This document shows, in pieces, positions 58,222 through 64,000 of a stretch of DNA of 64,000 nucleotides. The stretch is taken from contig JBDRCZ010000109.1 of assembly GCA_043821285.1 (NCBI GenBank), positions 4,302 to 68,301 of the forward strand, written 5' to 3'. Made by a program: the position numbers and the translations under genes. The first letter of the stretch is position 1. Every line of letters begins with the position of its first letter. Source of the DNA: Candidatus Omnitrophota bacterium. Its GTDB lineage: Bacteria > Omnitrophota > Gorgyraeia > B26-G9 > JBDRCZ01. Under the pieces are notes generated by a model, which had not been told where the DNA came from, did no database searches, and saw nothing but the letters and a program-made list of their open reading frames with translations.

Positions 58222-59511
58222 GTGAAAGTTAAACTAATCTCTAAATTAATTAGTATTTTAATAATGATTGGGGAGATGTGTTATATTCATAGCCAAATAA
58301 TTAAACCACAAGCCGCTGCCCAACCTGCTGCTCCTGAGGCTGAAGCTTACTCTGCTGGAGGCCAAGCTGCTTTGAAAAATCTCTCCCGGCTATTCACTTA
58401 CCCGTCCCTTTGGGGTGATATCTCTTTTGTTGACTTAGATGGCGATGGACTAAAAGAAGTCATTGGCGGAGGGCTTGACGAACATCGTAACATGTGTGCC
58501 AGTCTCGTAGTTTATGAGATAAATCAACAGAAGCTCTGGGAACGCGAGAATTTTTATCCCGAGAAATACTTGGTAGTAGATTTAGATGGCGACGGTAAAA
58601 AAGAAATCATCGGCAATGGTAAAGGTATAAGCGAAAGAGTGGAGTATCCCGAGAGAAATCTAATTACTTCAAAAACGAAATATACCATTTTAATTTTGGA
58701 TTATAAAGGTAATCTTAAAGCTCAATGGGATTTTGATGCAGATGTTTATCCGAAATTTTCTCTGAATTTGATTGACGATTTAGATAATGATGGCAAAAAA
58801 GAATTAGTTTGCAAGGCGGATGCTGTATCTGCAGATAACAAGTATGCCTTTTTCATATTAGATGATAAAGGTAATGTTAAGGGAAACATTTTGCTGCCGC
58901 CGCCCTCTCCCGCTTTTATAGAGCGCGAAATTCTTATAAGAGATATAGACGCTGACGGTAAAAAAGAAATTGCTATCTTTTTTGGTGAAAGGTTGCGGCG
59001 TGGTTCTGCGGGTGCCCAGGAAAGAGATATCTTCATCAACGAAGGGAATAGGGCGATTGTTTTTAGTTACGGGTTACCCTTTTATACCTATCGTTATTTT
59101 AATGGAGACCTTAATCTCATTACACTTACCAGTGCCCAGGAAGAAGCATTTATAAACGCCCTGGCTTTGTCAATAAAACAGGGTTCTCAGTTAAATTTCC
59201 CTTTTAATAATAAACAGCACACCCTTAAAGTTGAACAACGCGAAGTTAAACCATACGGTGGAAAAGAATATCCTGCCCAGTACGTATTCACAATGAGTAT
59301 ATACGATTCCGAGTCCAATCTCATCGCTACTTATCAACCAGAACTTGTTTATACGGGTGGGCCATTGCCTGTGGGAGCACTGCCTTATGGAGTCTCTACG
59401 AGAGTAAGGGTTATTGACTTAAACAATGACGGCAATGACGAGATTATCTGGCTTGATGATTATTGGAGTGAAGATCCGACATTTAAAGTTTTTAGCTTGA
59501 AAGAACAATAA
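58222..59511 (+). CDS. Secreted FG-GAP/VCBS-like repeat protein (beta-propeller)
   Basis: Signal peptide. Five D-x-D/N-x-DG-x-K-E repeats (VDLDGDGLKEVIG, VDLDGDGKKEIIG, IDDLDNDGKKELV, IRDIDADGKKEIA, IDLNNDGNDEIIW). GTG start. Confidence 0.65.
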   Translation: MKVKLISKLISILIMIGEMCYIHSQIIKPQAAAQPAAPEAEAYSAGGQAALKNLSRLFTYPSLWGDISFVDLDGDGLKEVIGGGLDEHRNMCASLVVYEINQQKLWERENFYPEKYLVVDLDGDGKKEIIGNGKGISERVEYPERNLITSKTKYTILILDYKGNLKAQWDFDADVYPKFSLNLIDDLDNDGKKELVCKADAVSADNKYAFFILDDKGNVKGNILLPPPSPAFIEREILIRDIDADGKKEIAIFFGERLRRGSAGAQERDIFINEGNRAIVFSYGLPFYTYRYFNGDLNLITLTSAQEEAFINALALSIKQGSQLNFPFNNKQHTLKVEQREVKPYGGKEYPAQYVFTMSIYDSESNLIATYQPELVYTGGPLPVGALPYGVSTRVRVIDLNNDGNDEIIWLDDYWSEDPTFKVFSLKEQ

Positions 59512-60206
59512 ATATTTTTAGGATAAATATGACTTTAAGAAAAGTTAGATTATTACTAATAAATTTGGTAGTATTAGTAAGTACGCATTTCCTGCCATTA
59601 TCACACAATTACGAAATGGTATTAATATGATTTTTTGTCGTAACTGTTTATAAATTTTACTGGTAATGTTTAAATTAGATATTAGTTTCATTATTGATAT
59701 AATAGTAAATATTGCATAAAAGACCATAAATTACGAAGTTCGTATATTAATTGTTATCTGAAAAAATAAATATAAACAAACCACAGAGAAAGACAGAGTG
59801 GCTATAAAACAATAAACAGAAAAAGTTATTGGTTGAGGGATAGAAGTGCATAAGGCAGTAGGTCTAGGATTATTAGAATCGGTTTATGAACAATATAAAA
59901 TTTCTCTGTGGAACTCAGTGTTCTCTGTGGTTAAAAATAAAAACAGATAACCAAACGCTGCAGCGAATTTGCACCGCTTGAGCGGTACGAATCGCTGAGC
60001 TTTAGCCCTAACCCTATAAAAAAGTAAAGATATGGCCACGGATTGAACATGAATAAAAAAATTAATAAATCTTCCTTAATATATTAAGATTTTTTTATTT
60101 TGACACTAATATCTTATTGTGTTAAAATTCATTATTGTTTTAAACTTGCGTGTTCCCTGTATCTTGATAGAGGGTTAAGGAAATTTTTATAAGAGGTAAT
60201 AATCTT

Positions 60207-61496
60207 ATGAAACTGGCGATGATTGGCTGTGGTTATGTCGGGTTAGTTACCGGGACTTGTTTTGCCGATATGGGGAATATCGTTACTTGTGTCGACAATA
60301 ATAAGTCAAAAATAGATCAGCTTAAAAAGGGTATTTCTCCAATTTATGAGCCGGGAATAGAAACCCTGATTCAGAAAAATATGAAAAACAGACGGCTGCG
60401 GTTTAGTACGTTAATTCGACAGGCCGTGGCGGATTCCGAGATAATATTTATTGCCGTCGGCACACCGCCGCGGGATAATGGCGAAGCGGATTTAACCTAT
60501 ATCGAAGACGTGGCTTGTGAGATTGCCAAGGCAATAAAGGATTATAAGCTGATTGTGGAAAAAAGCACTGTGCCAGTAGAAACCGGCTGGTGGGTTGCAC
60601 ATACCTTAAAGGCAAATGCCCGGGCTGGAGCAAAATTTGATGTTGCCAGTAATCCCGAGTTTTTACGCGAAGGTACGGCGATTAATGATTTCATGCATCC
60701 GGACAGGATTGTTATTGGCGTGGAGAATAAAAGGGCAAAAGATATTTTGCTTGCTTTATACCGGCCGTTTAAATGCCCGATTGTGGTAACGGATATTAAA
60801 AGCGCAGAACTAATAAAGCATGCCTCAAACTCATTTCTTGCAACTAAGTTGTCGTTTATTAATGCGCTGTCTTGTATATGTGATTTTGTCGGTGCAGATG
60901 TCGTTAAGGTGGCTGAAGGTATGGGATTGGATAAGCGGATTGGACGTAGTTATTTAGATGCCGGGCTGGGATATGGCGGGTTTTGTTTGCCTAAGGATGT
61001 TGAGGCATTCATCAGAATCTCAGAAAAGAAAGGTTATGACTTTAAACTTTTACAGGCTGTAAAGGAAATTAATGATTGCCAGTTAGATAATATTGTTAAA
61101 AAGATAGAGGAGCAACTTTGGATTTTAAAAAATAAGACGATTGGCATACTTGGGCTTTCATTTAAACCAAACACCGACGATTTGAGGTTTGCTCCTTCAC
61201 TTGAGCTGATTAGAAAATTACAGGCAGAAGGGGCGCAGATTAAGGCTTATGACCCTCAGGCAATGTCAAAGGCTAAATCTCTGCTTAAAAAAGTAGAATT
61301 TTGTAAAAATGTTTATGACCTTGCTAAAAATAGCGATGCCTTAATAGTTGTTACGGAATGGGACGAGTTTAAGGAAATGGAGCTAAAACGTATTAAAAAG
61401 TTGATGAAAAAACCAGTGATCATTGATGGCCGTAATATTTATGAACCAAAGTTTATGAAACAGTTAGGGTTTAAATACGTTTGTATAGGCAGATAA
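60207..61496 (+). CDS. ugd: UDP-glucose 6-dehydrogenase
   Basis: MKLAMIGCGYVGLVTG Rossmann. Catalytic-Cys region GGFCLPKD. UDPG_MGDP_dh family. Confidence 0.9.
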   Translation: MKLAMIGCGYVGLVTGTCFADMGNIVTCVDNNKSKIDQLKKGISPIYEPGIETLIQKNMKNRRLRFSTLIRQAVADSEIIFIAVGTPPRDNGEADLTYIEDVACEIAKAIKDYKLIVEKSTVPVETGWWVAHTLKANARAGAKFDVASNPEFLREGTAINDFMHPDRIVIGVENKRAKDILLALYRPFKCPIVVTDIKSAELIKHASNSFLATKLSFINALSCICDFVGADVVKVAEGMGLDKRIGRSYLDAGLGYGGFCLPKDVEAFIRISEKKGYDFKLLQAVKEINDCQLDNIVKKIEEQLWILKNKTIGILGLSFKPNTDDLRFAPSLELIRKLQAEGAQIKAYDPQAMSKAKSLLKKVEFCKNVYDLAKNSDALIVVTEWDEFKEMELKRIKKLMKKPVIIDGRNIYEPKFMKQLGFKYVCIGR

Positions 61497-61527
61497 GTTT
61501 CATTACTTACAGTAATGAAACTTATCT
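61491..61527 (+). terminator. Perfect 17-bp hairpin overlapping the ugd stop codon
   Basis: agataagtttcattact tac agtaatgaaacttatct, followed by caatttt. Confidence 0.5.
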
Positions 61528-61650
61528 ACAATTTTAAAAAGAATTATTAAAAGGGAAAGTTTGAAAACCGCAGGTTTTCATATGGCAATTTGTACGCGTC
61601 AGAACATTCCTTAATTTTTTAAGGTTCTGACTTGTACAAATTGGGAGGTT

Positions 61651-62109
61651 TTGATGATAAAAGATGTTATTAATAAAAGCTTAAGATTAATACCAGATGA
61701 ACGCGGCCGTTTACTGGAAATATTGCGGGCCGATGAGAAGATATTTAAAAAATTCGGACAGGTGTATCTTACAAGCGTTTACCCGGGAGTTATAAAAGGA
61801 TGGCATTATCATAAGCGGCAGATAGATAATATTGTTTGTGTTTCCGGGATGGTTAAACTTGTGCTTTTTGACCTGAGAAAAGATTCTATAACGTATAACC
61901 AGATAAATGAATTTTTTATTGGTGAATATAATTATGCATTAGTCCAGATTCCGCCAATGGTTGCGCATGGATTTAAATGTATAAGCCGGAACGAGGCATT
62001 GTTATTAAATATTCCCGACAAGGTGTATAATTATAAAAAGCCGGATGAATTTCGTATTCCTCTTGACACGGATACCATCCCGTATGATTGGAAAAGAAAG
62101 GATAGATAA
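61651..62109 (+). CDS. rmlC: dTDP-4-dehydrorhamnose 3,5-epimerase (short cupin form)
   Basis: DERGRLLE…GWHYH…KLVLFDLRKDSITYNQ…VQIPPMVAHGF aligns with the RmlC motifs DERGFF…GLHFQ…VFDVAVDIRKESPTFGQ…WIPEGFAHGF. Confidence 0.75.
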   Translation: MMIKDVINKSLRLIPDERGRLLEILRADEKIFKKFGQVYLTSVYPGVIKGWHYHKRQIDNIVCVSGMVKLVLFDLRKDSITYNQINEFFIGEYNYALVQIPPMVAHGFKCISRNEALLLNIPDKVYNYKKPDEFRIPLDTDTIPYDWKRKDR

Positions 62110-62849
62110 TGAAGGGAGTAATATTAGCCGGAGGGATTGGCACAAGACTCGCTCCTTTAACCAATATAACCAATAAGCACTTATTGCCGGTATATAATCT
62201 ACCGATGATTTATTATCCTCTCCAGGCATTAGTGGAAGCGGGAATTCGAGATATTTTATTGGTTACCGGAGGCAATAATGCCGGAGATTTTTTAAGGTTA
62301 CTTGGCAATGGACAAGAATTTGGTTTAAAACATATTAATTATACCTATCAAAAAGGGGAAGGGGGAATTGCCGAAGCATTATCCCTTGCCGAACATTTTT
62401 CCGGGGGTGAAAAAATAATTGTGATTTTAGGTGATAATTTATTTGAACACTCAATATGTACCTATGTTCAACGATTTGCAAAACAAAAAAACGGCGCAAG
62501 AATATTAATCAAAGAAGTTTCGGATGCTCATCGTTTTGGTGTAGTCGAACTTAAAGGTAAAAAGATTGCTTCGATTGAGGAAAAGCCCAAAAAACTAAAA
62601 TCAAGATATATTGTTACCGGTATTTATATGTATGATGCACAAGTTTTTGATATGATTAGGACATTGAAACCATCGGCAAGAGGAGAACTTGAAATTACGG
62701 ATGTAAATAATGCCTACTTGAAACAAAACGAGTTATACTATGATAGCTTAGATGGCTGGTGGACAGACTGCGGGACATTTGCTTCTTTACTGCGGGCAAA
62801 TAATCTTGTTGCCAAAAAGAAAAACCACAACTTATTGCTTCGGCAATGA
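62109..62849 (+). CDS. rmlA: Glucose-1-phosphate thymidylyltransferase (short form)
   Basis: MKGVILAGGIGTRLAPLT nucleotidyltransferase signature. Confidence 0.85.
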   Translation: MKGVILAGGIGTRLAPLTNITNKHLLPVYNLPMIYYPLQALVEAGIRDILLVTGGNNAGDFLRLLGNGQEFGLKHINYTYQKGEGGIAEALSLAEHFSGGEKIIVILGDNLFEHSICTYVQRFAKQKNGARILIKEVSDAHRFGVVELKGKKIASIEEKPKKLKSRYIVTGIYMYDAQVFDMIRTLKPSARGELEITDVNNAYLKQNELYYDSLDGWWTDCGTFASLLRANNLVAKKKNHNLLLRQ

Positions 62850-62890
62850 GTTGTCAATAACCATTATTGATACAGGCTGCATAATCGGAC

Positions 62891-63865
62891 ATGTTGACAA
62901 ACAATAAAAAAGTGTTAATTACCGGCGGTGCCGGTTTTATCGGGTCGAATTTTATCCGCTATATCTTAAATAAAAATCCTTTTACTAAAATTATTAATCT
63001 TGATAAATTGACCTATTGCGGGAATTTGAATAACTTAAAAGACCTCTGCCAGCATAAAAATTATAAATTTGTTAAAGGGGATATTTGTAATACAACGCTG
63101 GTGGATAAAACAGTTAAAGGCTGTAAGGTTATCATAAATTTTGCCGCGCAAACGCATGTGGACAGATCAATAAAAAATGCTGCGGAGTTTATTAAAACTA
63201 ATGTACAGGGGACGCATGTATTGCTTGAAGCTGCTAAAAGACATAAGTTAGACTTATTTGTGCAAATTTCAACTGATGAGGTGTATGGTTCCATATTAAA
63301 CGGCAAATTTTGTGAAGCCTCGCTACTTAACCCAAGCAGCCCTTATTCTGCTTCAAAGGCGAGTGCGGATTTACTTTGCGTATCATACTATAAGACTTAC
63401 AAACTTCCGGTTATTATTACCCGCAGCAGCAATAATTTTGGGCCGTATCAATATCCGGAAAAGATTATTCCTTTATTTATTACCAATGCCATAGAAGGCA
63501 AGAGATTACCTGTTTACGGAGACGGATTAAATATACGTGATTGGATATATGTGCTGGATAATTGTGCGGCAATTGAACTAGCGGCGCAAAAGGGAAAAAT
63601 TGGCGAAATTTATAATATTGGCGGCAGTAATGAATTAAACAACCTGCAGCTTACCAAAATGGTCTTATCCCGGATGGGAAAATCAGAAAAATTAATAAAA
63701 TTTGTTACGGACCGTCCGGCGCATGACCGCAGATATGCTTTGGATATTACAAAAATAAAGAGCCTGGGCTGGCAGTCAAATTATGATTTTAATACCGCGA
63801 TATCTGATACAATCCAATGGTATATTAACAATAAACAATGGTGGCAAAGACTAAAAAGATATTGA
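62891..63865 (+). CDS. rmlB: dTDP-glucose 4,6-dehydratase
   Basis: ITGGAGFIGS. TDEVYG. YSASKASAD (YxxxK). Confidence 0.9.
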   Translation: MLTNNKKVLITGGAGFIGSNFIRYILNKNPFTKIINLDKLTYCGNLNNLKDLCQHKNYKFVKGDICNTTLVDKTVKGCKVIINFAAQTHVDRSIKNAAEFIKTNVQGTHVLLEAAKRHKLDLFVQISTDEVYGSILNGKFCEASLLNPSSPYSASKASADLLCVSYYKTYKLPVIITRSSNNFGPYQYPEKIIPLFITNAIEGKRLPVYGDGLNIRDWIYVLDNCAAIELAAQKGKIGEIYNIGGSNELNNLQLTKMVLSRMGKSEKLIKFVTDRPAHDRRYALDITKIKSLGWQSNYDFNTAISDTIQWYINNKQWWQRLKRY

Positions 63866-64000
63866 TTACCGGCGCTCAAGGCATGCTTGGCCAGATGCTG
63901 CAAAATGTTTTTTCTAACAATTATCAGGTTTTGGGGTTAGATATTCAGGGCGGTAATATTATTGCAGATATCAGTAAAAAAGATGACGTTATAAAAGAAA
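63838..64000 (+). CDS. rmlD: dTDP-4-dehydrorhamnose reductase (5' part, truncated by window end)
   Basis: MVAKTKKILITGAQGMLGQ…. Overlaps the rmlB end by 28 nt. Confidence 0.7.
   Translation, partial: MVAKTKKILITGAQGMLGQMLQNVFSNNYQVLGLDIQGGNIIADISKKDDVIKE

Noticed and set aside
4245-60050. Arrays of short CACGGAT/CACAGAT repeats considered as a CRISPR array or as DnaA-box clusters (oriC)
   Set aside because: The units are 9-11 bp with irregular spacing and no unique spacers of constant length, so they are not CRISPR. The best boxes read TTATCCGTG rather than the DnaA consensus TTATCCACA. They are scattered over more than 50 kb rather than clustered in one AT-rich origin, and no dnaA/dnaN is present.
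1847-63306. About 60 minus-strand ORFs of 60-165 aa in the six-frame track (for example 8407-8754, 38074-38514, 45634-46128, 48446-48877, 52253-52657)
   Set aside because: Every one lies fully inside a well-supported + strand gene. None has a Shine-Dalgarno sequence or a recognisable domain. They are AT-rich antisense frames with few stops, so I treat them as spurious.

Overview
This is an AT-rich bacterial chromosomal segment of roughly 35% GC. Every credible CDS (about 55) lies on the + strand, and all minus-strand ORFs in the six-frame track fall inside + strand genes, so I treat them as spurious. The order of features is as follows.

- **Signalling module (234-4140):** a sigma54-linked trio of a cytoplasmic GAF histidine kinase, an NtrC-family enhancer-binding response regulator, and a GAF-domain protein.
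- **Non-coding region (about 4141-5212):** roughly 1 kb packed with short repeats and carrying a consensus sigma70-like promoter.
- **Glycan biosynthesis island (5213-33728), 29 kb:**
  - a WecA-like initiating transferase;
  - a Wzm/Wzt ABC exporter whose ATPase carries tandem C-terminal carbohydrate-binding-like domains;
  - about eight GT4/GT2 glycosyltransferases, one fused to a long coiled-coil;
  - a GT-C-like membrane protein;
  - two SGNH hydrolases;
  - a Wzy_C (O-antigen ligase/PglL-like) protein with TPR repeats;
  - five radical SAM enzymes, three B12-binding (class B) and two SPASM-type;
  - a frameshifted GxxExxY gene.
- **Housekeeping block (33969-50066):** truncated pyruvate kinase, rimP-nusA-infB, trpS, scpAB, the pheA-hisC-aroF(DAHPS)-tyrA aromatic cluster, cmk, plsC, ispH and rpsA.
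- **Repeat-domain protein (50142-51524):** a secreted protein with three internal repeats.
- **Riboflavin genes (51850-57690):** an FMN riboswitch followed by ribBA, ribH, nusB, a PHP phosphoesterase, ribD and ribE.
- **Small features (57799-59511):** a GIY-YIG ORF, a tRNA-like element, and an FG-GAP repeat protein.
- **Sugar-nucleotide genes (60207-64000):** ugd and the dTDP-rhamnose genes rmlC/A/B/D.

At least four families of dispersed short repeats fill the intergenic regions. The most striking is a 120-230 bp MITE-like element with a 13-bp inverted core (gcaaccacagatt / aatctgtggttgc) and conserved ends, found in at least six copies, each immediately upstream of a gene start.

The most unusual functional content is the ABC-transporter-dependent glycan island with its five radical SAM enzymes, coiled-coil 'ruler'-like proteins and tandem Wzt carbohydrate-binding domains.
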